Shown here in pieces: positions 1 through 13,708 of a stretch of 51,250 nt of DNA. The position numbers and the translations under genes were made by a program. The notes under the pieces are model-generated. The model worked only from the letters and a program-made list of their open reading frames with translations, was not told the DNA's origin and made no database searches. Source of the DNA: Perkinsus chesapeaki ATCC PRA-425 (lineage: Eukaryota; Protista; Perkinsozoa); the NCBI GenBank assembly GCA_013115145.1, contig JAAPAO010000223.1, positions 1 through 51,250 of the forward strand, read 5' to 3'. The number at the start of each line of letters is the position of its first letter. The stretch's first letter is position 1.

Positions 1-177
1 CAATCTAGCTCGCACATCCAATTGTGTGGCAACACAAATAGACAAATGAGGAACCGACTCCGGCTCGAACTGTACCTCCAAGCACTTCGTGCTTTCCAAA
101 ACGTTACACACTCGACACTCACAAAGCTCGACAATTCGGAGTATAAGGACTCGCCGGCTGGTGACGACTGCCAATAG
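1..177 (+). CDS. Possible 3' end of an upstream gene (partial, hypothetical)
   Basis: Frame 1 is open from base 1 to TAG at 175-177 (...MRNRLRLELYLQALRAFQNVTHSTLTKLDNSEYKDSPAGDDCQ*). No motif recognised. Confidence 0.3.
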   Translation, partial: QSSSHIQLCGNTNRQMRNRLRLELYLQALRAFQNVTHSTLTKLDNSEYKDSPAGDDCQ

Positions 178-652
178 ATGATGCATCCAGTGTAAGATAG
201 AGGAGAATGTGGAATTGAATACGCTTCTTGACTGTCAATAGCTACCTTCCAACATCTCCAAGGATGCCTTAAGGCCTCGCCATGCTTGAGGAAATGCAAC
301 TGTACATTTTTATCGTTAGTTCCTTTAGTTTAACCCGTTGGTCATTTTTTACCGAGCACATCTAAGTAATTCATCAGCAGCGACTAAAGGGATGTCGCGG
401 AAGTGACATGCCATCGATAGTCGCTCCTACGACCTCTACGAGCTCCTACGAAAGTGCCAACTGTCAACACAACTCAGAGAGATCTCATTTTGAAATCTCG
501 TCTCATTTTAAAGGAGACCTGCATTACTTCAGGCAATTTAAAGACGTGCAATTGCCGGATGCGGCAACATAGTGTGTCAGTATGATGATGTCATCAATAG
601 AGACTTCACTGAAGAACTTCAGACTGTCAACACCGCAGTTAGTTGAGGCTTA

Positions 653-1722
653 TCAAGCAAAAGGCTCCGAGCACGAGCACTGGTCACCGTCTTCAGTGTA
701 CCCCAACACAGTGTTGTTCTGCTGTAGCAAGCGAGCGGCCTCTTTCTTGACGAACTTGGGGGCGATGAATATCTCCTCGTCTTCAGGGCAGCCTCTGAGA
801 GCGCGCAAATCCATTTCTACAACCTACGCGACATCTTACCTTTTCTTGAGCGACGGGTCATATGGAGACTCGCGGTAAAAACCAGGCATGCACCAGCACA
901 CTTGACGATCTTCGTACCAGTTATAGTGGCACCAACTCGGGGGGCTGTCTTTAGGATACCCTACCAGAAACACACTCGCAAATGATGTAGATAACAGTGG
1001 CTCACATGAGAAGACTCGGTCCTCGTAAATACTGCCGAGAGGCGCGACACAACCGTTGGGCTCTGGGCCATGAGGTGGAAGCAGAACGTACTTAGGGCTC
1101 TTTTCGTAGCACCTTTCAGCAACAAGTTCCAAAGTGCGTCTCCGAAGCCGAGAAATTCCATAGACATACCAAGCACTTACAGCCAATCTCTGTTCTTCCT
1201 CCCGTTGTCGTTACCCTTATCATTGGGATCCAGACGGCAGCCTGAAGAATTGCTGACTTAAGGCGCAATCAGACCCCCTACTGTATTTCTTTGGAGCATC
1301 AGTGTAGCCCTTATCGTCTTGGTGCTTTTCATGAAGTCTTACACAGAACCTGATGCACGAGACGATGAAGCAAGTAAAATAACATCCAAAGCAAATATCA
1401 CACTGGTGAACTTACTGCTTGATCTTGTTTTGTCTAGCACCGTAGGTCTCGGCATCTTGCCATTTGCCGTCGCAGTCAGACTTGCCTTTGCCACTGTTTA
1501 CTTTACCTCGTCCATTCGCGTAGAGGTTATAGTTGACACCGCTCGATGCCGCCTTAGCCTTAGATTGCCCTGGAACATAGTCACTCGACGGGGCCGGAAG
1601 TGCGAGCCGAGTAGCTTACATTTCTTCTTGTCGTCATCTGGACGCTTGAGGCCAACAACAAGCACATCGAGTAGAACAATGAAGATAGCGAAGACAGTGG
1701 CGAATCTAGTTAACTTCAGCAT
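653..1722 (-). CDS. Secreted cysteine-rich protein, about 260 aa, 7 exons, unknown function
   Basis: Hydrophobic N-terminus MLKLTRFATVFAIFIVLLDVLVVG. Six GT-AG introns of 40-66 nt join the exons in frame (...DDDKKK|WQSKAK...; ...SLKK|RGCPEDEE...CSCSEPFA*). Cys-rich C-half including CWCMPGFYR. Confidence 0.7.
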
Positions 1723-2248
1723 AATCAATAGGATTAAGCGATTTAACTGAATGAAAAGCTAATTGCCATAGTTGAATGAACCAACGAGTACTCAAAGTGA
1801 TCAGGGAAACCGCTGCCGGCGAGCGACATGGAGGCGGTTTCAGTGTTGTACCGTTTCCTAGCGAGGGAAGTTTCAGCACCACCCCTATAGTGCCTTTGCA
1901 CATTTATTTCACAAGACATTCTATAAAGCCCTCTGCGTGGTGCAGGTTGGGGCGGACTAGTCAAATTTCACCCCCACCACCGCCTTTGGCGCTGTGGGTG
2001 GAAAGCCTCGCTAACGCTTTCCTTGAGATTTATACCTCGTATAGAGGTCGCAGTGGATGTAAGGCACATTCCAGACGAGTGCATACGGAAGCAGTAAAGC
2101 ACCCCAAGCGAGTTGCACCAAACATCCCACTGTACGGACATCTCGTGCCTGGTCGAATACTGGACTCAAAGCCCTGCTTGACTCCAAACCCCAAACTTAA
2201 TCTCGTGCAATTGAAACACTTCGACTGAGCATGCCGACTACAACAGAG

Positions 2249-5200
2249 CTACATGTTGCTCTTGAACATGTCAGCAATTTGTTGACCTAAGCGACCGGCT
2301 GCTGTCATGCTCTTCACCTTGGGCTGATTAAACAGAGCCTATAATAACCAGCAGTCTCACTGACTTACCCTAGGCTCTTGAATCCTTTGCTCTTGTAAAG
2401 TCTTCGACCTTGCTAAAGTCTCTGTCACGTTGTTTTCCACGAGGCTCTCCAAATCAGTATCCTTCAGCCGATATAATTGCAATTGTTTCTTAGCTTTGTT
2501 GGATCCTGAGCCAACCAAATAGCCATGGCATCCGTCACATCAGTTCACCTGGAACGGCGACATGTATCTCTTTATGAGGGACAAAGATGTAGGCCTCCGG
2601 GAAGTGACTTTCAAGATAGCTGGCAATAACAAGTGATAGCAACAGCAGTGGCTGGAACCCACAGTTTCAATGGCTCCGAGGCCACAACAGATCCCGGCAA
2701 ACCGTTGCTTTCGACTTTAGTAACGATCATCACGTCTACGCCCCATATGTCGAACCGCAACTTCTTCGTACCTGCAGATGGTAGAGTCGCAAACGTACTA
2801 GCTACATAGGGTCCTAGCGTACCAATAACGCCGCCGATAAAGTTGCCGAGATGTAGTCCTATTCGCATGTTTAAATCGGGAACTTCCATCACTTCCGCTA
2901 TAACGGTCATCGCCTCTATCATAGAGTAAGCGAACTCCACCATACGTCGACTTGAACTTACCTGCAACCAAAGCCCTTGCAGGATTTACAGAACAGTTTT
3001 GCTCACTTTATCAGCTTCAAAGCTAGGATCTGTAACTGCCAGATAAGCGTCACCAATGGTACATACCTATCATACACCAACATACTCAAATCATTCAAGC
3101 AGCTGCCAACCTTATATATATCCTTCTCAGATGAGAGTCTATCAAACTCCGTAAACAATGTCGTGAGTAGGGCCACGACCTTAGCTGCAGGGACAGATTT
3201 TGCGTACTGTGTGTAGCCGCAAATATCGGATAACAACATGGTCATATCCCGATACTCGCTCGCCGAAACCTTTCCAGCTTTCAGCTCGAACAGAACCTAA
3301 GTCGCCGAGGACTACACCTAGTCGCAGAACATATTCGTGAGACCCGGTAATACCGAGTCGGTATGAGAAAGTCTAATCTCTATTGATTTCTGGTTGCAAA
3401 CACTTGACAGCAAAGGCACACATCACGCCACGTTATCTTCAAAGCAGTCTGCTAAGCCTAGGGGATATTGAACTGTTTGCAGAATGATTAGGAATGACAC
3501 TCAGATCGGCAAACAATATGTACTTGGCAGAGTCAGTGATGAAAGTCACCTTAGAGGGTAGCATCTCGTCTAAGAGGACGTCTGCTTGCTGCTGCCAATG
3601 ACGATGCTCGAACATAGTAGCATATATGCTACGAGCCCATCTCTCCTTCTCCCAACACACCACCATGTTTATGATCACATATGCCAGTGAGAAAATAATG
3701 TACTGAAAACCCAGATGGAAACCCAGCAGAGGAGCGATTCTGACCTCTGATCCAAGTTCTGGCACCATCTTATCTGTTAGCTCTGTAGAGAGTAAAACGG
3801 CCAAAAATATGCCCGTATTAATACCGAGAAGGTGGACAAAAAGAAGACCAGTGTTGTGATTGATAACCGTCAGCCAGAATAATATTTCCAGTAGTATTTG
3901 ATACGAGAAGTATCTGTGTCGCGAAGCTCATTAATCGGGAAATGCTTCGAGAGTGCTTACTTGTTCACGTGGTAAAAGTGTCCTTCCACAAGCCAGAGTG
4001 TACAATGGCCAAAAGAGTCTTCCTCAAAACAGCCGTAATGGTAGTCGTAACACAGGAGGGGATGGAAGATCGTCAGAAGCGTGCCGGCAACATATGAGAT
4101 CGCCGTTGGTACAAGCAGCTTCCGTCGATTGAATCGAGATGAGGCTTGAAAGTGAGCATATCCTAATAGTGCCAAGGCGAGCACCAAAGTCACTCTGATT
4201 TGCAGCAGCCTTGATACTATAAGAGGTGGTTGCTGGTCTACGAGGAGCATTTGTATTGTTATACACGCATAGGTTATAGTAAAAATGAGTAGGGCTCGCC
4301 TAAGCCTTCTTTGCATACCGATATCCGTGAGATATTGTGCACGGAAAGCCCGTTCGTCATCAAGGTCGTGAAACTTGAGTGTGATCATGTTAGCATCTTT
4401 GGAACCGAGGGCTCGTATAGCAAGATATCTATCCTTATTCATCAACCGATCGGAGTCACCATAGGCATCACGTAGGGCTGCGTCAACGTGTAGGGACGGG
4501 TCCGATAGCCTAGCGACTATATCCGGTATGCTTTTATGGTGGTATACATGGCTTCTTAAGGAGCTTGTATTCGGGGGGTTATAAATGGAGCTTTGTTCCG
4601 CCTTGTCACCGGATCGTGCGGAGCTTCTGCGACTGATCATCTCTGGCGAGCCCGGTAGTGACGATGTAGTCGCTGCCTTAACTTGACTATCGGCGTAGTG
4701 GAAGATTCCAGGGAAGATACAGCCAACAGGCGGACGACGATCCTCGGCCATATCGTAGTCCTTGTGAGGGTTATACGATACAAGAAGGTAAGTGTTCATC
4801 AAACCTTTCCCTTTCACTTGTGTGATCCTGTGCTCGAAGCTCGGACCCGCCAGGTCTTGGAGCATCTCGTAAGTATGAACCGACAAGTGTACCCTGTCCG
4901 CTACACCAGTTGACTTCATTCGAGATGCCGTGTTAACTGTATCCCCGAAGAGTGCAAACTGTGGCTTCTTAGACCCGACAACACCGGATATCGCGCCGCC
5001 CGTATGAATGCCTATTTTCATCACTAATCTAGAAGAAACATTCGCCTTGCTTTCATCTGACAGGCCGAAGTGTCGATGAAGATCGAGGCGCCTTGTGACC
5101 TCTAAGACGTCAATGGCGAACAACAGCGCTGCGAGAGCATCGTCTTCTACGCTTCTGTTTTCGGGTCGCTCATTGGTATCCATGGAGAGACCGCTACAAG

Positions 5201-8200
5201 CCAGGTAGGTCTCGGCCACCGTCTCTATTTTAGAAATGATTCTACTCTCTCCTATCTTGTCAAAACGAGTGAATATCCAGTCAAGGATCGATACCAGCTC
5301 CTTCGGCTTCAAACTTGCGACAAGCGTAGCAAAGTCATCAACGTCGCAGAAAATGACGGTAACCGTTCCTCTGTCCTTAGCAAAGTGGAGCGTGGGGTCA
5401 TCATTAATGTCGCTACCCAAGCTGCCCCGGCTAGAATGCCTCCCAGAGTTGCTTTGCCTCTGATCGCGGCTTGCGAGTGCGAATGACTTAAAGGCAAAAC
5501 CAGTGTGCTGAGCAGCCCGGTTCATGATTCCCTCGACAACGAACGGTGGCAGCATATTGTGCATAATATCTTGGTTTCTAACCTGTTCCTGCCGGAGACC
5601 CAGTGAGAGCATGAACTGGTGCCTCTGGTAGAACTCCAAGCCATACCCAACAAACGCTGTAAATACTGTGATTCCCACCATGACCGGCAAGTAGTCCAAA
5701 AGTTGGCAGAGGTTCGCTATGGAGAAGGAGCATGTTCTGGGAACGAGATCGCCATCTATGGAGACGCTGATTACACCTGCTAAGGCGATATATCGTATCG
5801 CAAAGATACCAAGCTGCAAGATTGATATCCAAGTCGCTTGAACAAATGGTATGCGGATGACCATGAACAATATAACTGGGAGCATAGAAGTGCTCGCTGC
5901 TGAGTCACGCTCTTGGAATCCTTCAACGACATGCTTTCCTATCGATACCACCAAAGCGGCCCCAACAAGAATGCGTACATAGTGCCTCCTAAATACGTTA
6001 GTGTAGGTAAAGGAGTAAAATCCAATAATAACAATTGGCATCCCGAGCCTCAACACCGCATTACTTAGCGACCTATCAGAGCCGAAGGCCGATTCGTATA
6101 CTCCCCAAATCAATAGTATAACAGTGAAAGTCACCATTGCCAAGCGAAGAGGAGTGAGTGAACCTTCGAGAGCGTATACTCTAAAAAGCCTTTCAGAGAG
6201 CACGTCCTTGAATCTCAAGGTAAGAGGATGGATCTTGCTTGCGAAGTTTCTTAATTGACGGTCGTCTGGCTCCAGCCTGCCCGACCTAGTTACAGACGAT
6301 ACCACCGAAAGGGTTTCTCGCCGGAGGTGCGCTGTATCAGTGATAGAGCCGGACGCCGCTTCTTCTTCAGATGACTCAGCATTCCGTATTGCAATCCCTT
6401 CCGCCGCCATCACAGCGAACTCTCGAGCCTTCTTCGATACCGCGTCAAAAGACTGCCGCGCTGCTCGGCCTCGCCCCATGAAAGGAGCCGCCCACTTAAA
6501 CTTTATGAGTAATGCAGATATCCTTTTCCCTTCAGATTGTTTGAAGAACCATTTTCGTTGCACTATTAACCATTCTTGCAACTTAGACACCGGTGAAGGA
6601 GACCAAAGGCGCTTGAAGTGAAGGTCAGATAACTCGACTATCAACATGAAACAGACAATAATGGCCGAAGTAGCCCAGATAACGGGCGCACGGAACCACA
6701 TTGCCTGGGCCACGTTCAGCATCGCTCTATCAGGGAAGCCAAAGATACTATAAAATAGTGTCGCCGGTATGAATAGGATAATCGATAGTATGACCGCAAC
6801 CAAGAACGGAGACGACCAGTCGTTGGCCTCGATTAGGAGCTTAAGGTTGACGAGCACGACAACCACGAAGTATTCCAGAGTGCCAAATGCATAATACCCA
6901 ATTACTGAGCCATCCGGTAACACTGAACCACCTCCAGAGAGAAGATATCTAGTAGAGTGGAAACTGACGGTTGCGTAGATTAAGCCTTTTATGATCCACA
7001 AGGTGAATATCTTAGCATTAAAACTGAGCTTGAAATGGCCCTGTTCATATAGGGGAGGACAAGCATTAGCCACCCAATCTGGAAGATCACGATCAAGGCT
7101 ACCAACGACAACTATGGGTAGAAAGGTCCAAAGCACATTGTAGGTCATGAGCACCCAGGAGTCATACAGTGAAGTACCCGTGAAATCGTTATAGAGGTTG
7201 AAGTAGAAATTAGGTACTATTAAACATATATTCTTAAAGAAGGAATAAAGTATGACGATCGATATCCTATTGTAATTAAACCTCCCATGGACGAGTAAGA
7301 GTCGCTGGAGAACCGCAAAGCCCCCGATTGCATAGTCAGCAGCACGGACTGCTTGCATCCCTTCATTGCCGAAAACACCAATGCCCAAGTGTGCTCTTTG
7401 CAGCATGGCCACATCATTTGCACCATCACCAATGGCCAATGTCATAACAGTAGGTCTGACAAATATCCTTACCAAGTCCACCAGGTTGGCCTTTTGGGCA
7501 GGAGCCAATCGGTATGCGATAACTGCATGAGCTCTTATAAAGATTCTTAGGAGGTCATCTCTGACATTCTCGCAAGCTAGATACTGCACCAGGCTCTCAC
7601 CGTCGACCACAAGCGTTAAAGCGGTCGGTCCTGATCGGCTCCATCGCCTTGCACTGGTATTGATTATGCCCAGCTTGGTCTCAGCATGTTTAAGTTTTTC
7701 AATCATTGCATGTTCGACGTCTCGGCGCTTGAGCGAAACACCATCGTCCTCTTTAATAGAAGCCATGAAGGATAGGTTCACAACTGTTCCTTCTTCAGGG
7801 ATCAGATTCACTGACTTTCCTATATTAATGGCCGTTTCTGCCTTATCACCGGTCAGCATCCAAACACGTATGCCGGCCTCCATAAGGCTCTTGATAGTTT
7901 CCGGAGCTCCTCTCTGTATACGATCCTCGACAGCAGTGACGCCTATACAGCAGAGCCCTTGCTCGTACTTCAAAGCAACCTTATCAAGCAAAGAGTCCCG
8001 TCGATGTAGTGAGTGTTTTGCAGCAGTATATTCCCTCTCATATATTTCAGTCTCAACTGGGCTAAGGTACCGCATCCCTATCATCAACGTTCTCAAACCG
8101 GCAGATGCGAACTTCCGGCTGTGTGCTAAAGATTGATGTAGGTACGAAATAACTCGTCGACAAACGATCTCGCCGTCAACAACATAGCTTATCCCAGTAG

Positions 8201-11200
8201 AGCTTTTCATAATAGAGCTCATGACCTCATCAGCTCCTTTGGCCAACATCAGTGACCGCCCGCCACCAACAACTGTGCATTGGTCTACGGGATCTACCTC
8301 CTTAACAACTATGCTCATTCTCTTTCTCTCGCTGGTGTAGGCGTGGACGCCTAACATCCTATAGCATCTCCTTGTTAATGTATTATCTCCGACTATGCGC
8401 GATCTCTCCTCAATGATCACCATGCTCGGAGTGCGCTCTATAAGTACAAAGCCAAGGCTCGCCGCGACCGCGGCCAATGCCTCTTCATCAGAGTTGGATG
8501 CTTGCAGCCTAACCCCTAAAGTGTCTGTTGGATCCTCTTCAGGAATCACTGTATTGCACATTGCACAGCATAGCATAAACGCTCGAGCAATCTCGCAAAC
8601 AGGTGAATCGGCAGTAGGACCCATGTGTATCAATCTCAATAGCTTAGCGTCGCTCAGAAAGCTTTTAGGGTGCTTCAAGTAGGCCAGCGATTCCCGGTGG
8701 GATACGCCAACTGTTGGATCCTTCTTTATCGACGTGACAATATCGTCCATGCTTTCCGTGAATCCTAGCGGCTTCTCGCCATAGATAAGCCCAGCTATGC
8801 TGCAGAGGCGAAAGATCATGTTGTTTTCCGTTATTGTTCCGGTTTTATCGGTAAAGATGAAATCTACTTGTCCAAGATCGTCATTTAGGCTGGAATTCTG
8901 GACGCGTGTGGCGTACTTGGGTAGATCATCATCGTCGTCAGAACCGCAAGCAGCAGCAGCCACCATCATGTTGTCTTTTTCTATTAAAACAGCCTAAAAG
9001 TCCAAGACGAAACAGCTGCGAATGGTGGACGGAATCTCACTTGCGTTGCCCTGACAATGTCCAATGTAACATACAGCGATATAGGTATGAGATTGTTATA
9101 CAGTAGAATGAAGGTCAGCAACGTGAGTAACTGATCCAAGTCATGCACTAGACCACTGCGCCCAGTCTGCAGACCTGGTCTCTAGTCTCGATATCGTGAT
9201 CGTGGTTATGCCCTTCTTCGTATTCATGGGCATCTCGGAAGGTATAAGAAGCAACAGAGATCGCCACCAAGATTGAAAAGACCAGCGTTAAGTATCTGTA
9301 TCACATTCATCACCGTATACCTCTTCATTTCGGAACTGCAATCTCCATGGGCGCCTCCCACTACTGGTGGTTGAAAAGGAGAGGAATGCAGGTCTTACCT
9401 GTTCACGAGTTTTTCAATGTAGGATCTCTTCGTCGGGGAGCTTGTTACGGTGCGATTCAGCTTGGAGTTCATACCCGTGTAAACTACAATGCCGAAGCAC
9501 CAATCGACATTGCGAATCTGAGAACCTCTTAAGACCTGACAATCGGTACTGTAGAAGTGAGCTGCTGCAACGAACCGCCTACAAAGTTCTTAGAGTCTAT
9601 GGACACCACGCCCTGACCGTGTTCAAGCCTAAGCACACCGTTAAAGTGGTCCAGCACACTATTGGGGGCATCACAAGTAATCGCACCGTCGCAATAGGGG
9701 AGACCATTGCTGACAGTGGATCTGATACGAGAACTCGAGTGCCTTGCGGTAAACTGGTTAATGTCTACTGCCCGCCTTCAGCGCACTGCTTGATCTTCAA
9801 ACTGGACTCGCCATCCAGCTGACTTGTCTCCACGTAAATCAGGCCATGCGGGTCGCTTGAGGCGAGCAGAACAAAGTCCGCCTGAAAGGGGTACGCCTGA
9901 GTCCGAAGTACAGCTATTTGCGGCCCAGGCCACTCTAACAAAAAGATACTATCTTAAGCTTTCGGACTCTGCCACAATATACGCTTCATCTGCGCTGAGC
10001 AGTCTTCTTGTGGCCAATTCATCGAAGCTATGCCAAGTCTGATTATTGCTCGCACATCCTCATAAAGAGGGAAAGAGAATGTGCCAGATTCGCTGGCGTG
10101 AAGTGTTCCAGTAGGTATTCAAATCCTTCAAAGAATATTCTGCACCGATGACCCTACTGGGACGTCCTCGCCGCGACCGAGGCAAATAACTGATCCAGCT
10201 GTCAGATACTGCCATGGTATCGCCTCAACAGTGGTCACCGCTGAGGGGTCTCGTCCTGCACACGATCGCTCCGGGGATATCTTGGTCCCTAAGCCACAAA
10301 AAAGCAATGAAAATGTCCACCGAGTGAGGCTCACCACATTGAGGAGACTTCTTTGTTCTACCGGTTGCGTCTATTTTTCCAAGTTCCACTACGACCCTGC
10401 AAAGTCTGGCATTAACCTGTGGGTTTCACACTGTCAACGGAGACCGACGGAAGCATACTTTCTGGTCATTGCGGTATCTCCGATAATCTTCGTAAGCATC
10501 TTTGCACATCGTAACAGTAAGCACGAACACGAGCGGAGCAAGCGTCGCCCACTTAGATGTCGGACTGAGGTCGTAGGGCAACATCTGCAGGATACCTACA
10601 CGCTCGTCATTCTGACACCTCTAGCGATTAAAGGACTCACTGACAAATAAGAACCACAGGTTGGCTACCCTATGGAACTGCTCCCAGAGGTTCAATGGTA
10701 GGAAATTCCATGGTCTATAACGACAGCTGGTGATCTAACTCAGAAAGTGAACCAGTATCGGTTATCTTTTCTTACCCTATTCTCCGGTGAAGCTTTTAAT
10801 AATGGATGACCAGCTAGGCAATCTGCTGCCCTACCATCACAGCACAGTTCAATCTTCACTGGATGGCTCCACACGTACGTCTTTCCTATCTTCAACATAG
10901 GGGAGTTCTCGGTGATTCTCACTCCAGCTATTGAGTCTCTCTTGCGCTGTTCTGTCTGACGCCTTTGATGCATCTCAATAGGAGTATTTGAGGGCCGCGG
11001 CCCGAATACGATTTCGACTGTAGGATTGCCCTCCGAGGTCGAGCTGCGACTTCCGCTTCTCACCGACCCGACACGATCGTTTCGCCAACTTCGCCTAGAA
11101 GTCCATTTATCTTTACATACAAGAGCTTCTCGATACCTTCTGAACCAATTTGTCTTCTTTTTCGGGCGCGAAGGCCTATACTCGACACTAGCAGACGCGA

Positions 11201-11391
11201 CAGGGCGCCCTAGGGAACACTAGTGGCCAGCAGCGCACCAATTTAGTGCCTATCTCACCCAGGCCACCTGGCGATTGGCCATCCTTGTTCGCCTCGCCCT
11301 CCTCAACTTTTTCCTCGTTCACGTCGTCTCTGAAACTGACAGACGGGTTCGCCGCGATTGGTGTTGGTGGGAGAAGACCCGGAGTTGACAT
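2249..11391 (-). CDS. GC: P4-ATPase (flippase)-guanylyl cyclase fusion protein, alveolate type, multi-exon
   Basis: P4-ATPase motifs in order: NFLPLNLWEQFHRVANLWFL, SPTSKWATLAPLVFVL...KDAYEDYRR, LDGESSLK, NLIPISLYV, DKTGT, TGDK, GDGAND, LLVHGRFNY. Then TM block, cyclase domain 1 (IFCDVDDF, KIETVAETY, QFALFGDTVNTASRM), second TM block, cyclase domain 2 (SDICGYT, VCTIGDAY, RFDIWGVDV). Stop TAG at 2249-2251. The 5' exons (10.75-11.39 kb) are less certain. Confidence 0.93.
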
Positions 11392-11696
11392 GATGGCGCG
11401 CGGATCGAAGGTGTCACTATTTTATTGACAACACGCTTGCTTCGAGGGACAGTAGAAACACGGTGCAATTTTATCTGGTATGGAAAGTAATATTATTCTC
11501 GATGCTGATGCTGTTGCTCAGGAGTCTCGTGAAAGACAGCTAGCCTGAGGAGCTTCCGAGAGAGAATCTGATGGAAAAAGTGCAAAAACACTCAGATTCT
11601 CAATCCTCCTACCACGACTATTATTAAGATAGGAACAAAAACTATTACAAGAACACACAACTGTACCAAAATGGGGGAAGGCCATCCGGCCGGAAC

Positions 11697-13600
11697 CTAA
11701 CCAGCAAAACTGCCGGCGCTCTACGGACAAGTGTCATGTCTCACTTTGATGAATGAACATGAAAACTGAGTAGACTCCGCAATAAACTTATGATGCCACA
11801 TGCCCTTAATAACATCTAGTCCGCACCGAACACTGTCGAAAGCATATGCCAGAAATACAACCACAATACCGGCCATAGAGGCCGTCACATGAGGCGGAGG
11901 CGCCAGCATCGCACCTGACCTGTCGTAGGAGTTTCGAGGCACCAAGTCCCCAACCTGCACGCTGCATCTCCCTGAGCTCTTCTTCGGTAGGATTCCCGCC
12001 AAGGGTATCCCATGAATCTTGCTCCAAGACAGCTGCAAACGGGTTGTTCTCTACCACCATGTGCATCACTTTCATCTCGAGCTAAGACACAAAGCGCTGC
12101 AAACGTCCGACAGCTGTTCCCAACACTCACCTCGGGATCGGAGAACTGGTCTAAGGGATGGATCTCCCACAGGAAGACTACGGGCGGTTTTGCGGACAAG
12201 TCAAGTAAGCGATGGACCTGAAGTTACCATGGCTACAAACGGTCCAATAAGGGTTATCTTAAGAGCATGGTAGAACACTGGGTACGAATTTAGTAATTCT
12301 ACACTGATGATGAAAGTTCCGCGTTGAGAGGAAATTATTAATGCGAAAAATAAAGTGTGGGTGACGAACAGGGGGCTGTTCAAAAGCACCCCGGGAGGGA
12401 GATATGTAAATTGCGATGAGCAGAGCGCTCTGAAGAAGCCAAAAGATGGCCAATGTGAAGGGAGACCTTCAAATGGAGCTTTTAATAATACTTAGAGCTA
12501 GAGATTTGAATAGTGAAGACTTACCGCTGTATCATAGTTCTTCCAGTTCACAGCATCCATCATAGCTCTTTCAAACATACATTGATAATCACCAAGCACA
12601 TCAGCACCATAGGATGCCCAAGTATATGCTAGCCTGTCGCCTTCTACACCAGATCCACGATAGTTTTCAACTAACACAGAGAGACTTGATGCAATTCTAG
12701 GAAAGTTGAGAAGAGAGCGGTATGGACCACTCACTCGAAGCGCGCACAGCAACGAGCGAATGCTCTCGCATGTTCGAATACGAATCACACCACATGATCT
12801 ATCATCGACTTAGACGTTGCAAATGATAACTATACCGAGGACAAACCTTCAGTAGCTTACTCAACACATTCACACTATAAGCGTCACGCGCCTCAAGAGC
12901 TGCTCTCGTCCTGTAGTTCAGAGAACTGACACGCCGATCCTGCTGTTGAAAGTTCGGCTTCACCCACAAACGAGTATCATGCTGCTTAGTTCTAAGTTGC
13001 ACAGGACAGTCTGTGCACCATTTACATTGGCCAGATGAAGGGAAGTATATTGCATACTGACCTGAGCAATAGAGACACCTCTGCTACATACAACACACAG
13101 TTAAGCAAAGAATAGGCCGAATTCAATATAGTCAGTTGACATATAATATATTAAATCTATATAAGTTGCTCACGCCAACGACACGCGGCAAGCCGAATTG
13201 CATTCTAAACCCCCAACTATTGAGTCACATTTTCAGAGCACTTTCAGATATCAGGTCACAATCCTCTTTGACCACAACCTTACACTTCTCGTTCGTTCGA
13301 CACCCTTGAACACACTGCGGCTCTCCTCCTGTCATCTTGTCATTATAAAGGTATGCATTATCATCATCATTCTTGCGAGGACACGACAAGCCTCGATTGG
13401 GTAGGCACGAGAGGACCTACCAGGATGAACCCCCTTACTTTTAACATGTAAAAGTTCACCATTATATAACAAATGCTACAAACCAACTCAACGGGGACCG
13501 CTTTACAAATCTCGCCACAGTCCCGACGCTCGAAACGCCTCTACAAGCCACAGAATATTATATCTACAAGCCACGGAAGTGGCTCCCCGGGCAACTCCCA
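11697..13600 (-). CDS. Hypothetical multi-exon protein, Cys-rich N-part, hydrophobic segment near the C-terminus
   Basis: Several exons join in frame across GT-AG introns (GGEPQCVQGCRTNEKCK; RCLYCSDCPVQLRTKQ; ENYRGSGVEGDRLAYTWASY; LEMKVMHMVVENNPF; MAGIVVVFLAYAF). Start not determined. Confidence 0.5.
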
Positions 13601-13708
13601 TCAACAGACATTTGCCCAGCTATTTGCCCAAAAAAGGGCATATACGAATTAATGCATCGATAATGGTGTGTGATGTATTGAGAAATATACAAGGATATTA
13701 AGATACCC

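Noticed and set aside
3957-8969. Treating the 1670-aa ORF as a complete gene
   Set aside because: It lacks TM1-4 and the A domain, and the second cyclase domain; these lie in flanking exons (9.0-11.4 kb and 2.2-3.9 kb).
582-11428. Plus-strand ORFs such as 582-878, 1319-1750, 6340-6621, 7660-8136, 9367-9822 and 10231-10650
   Set aside because: Antisense shadows of minus-strand exons with no independent motifs.
12430-12452. SL-like string GCCATCTTTTGGCT on the minus strand
   Set aside because: Falls inside a modelled coding exon, and the match is short.
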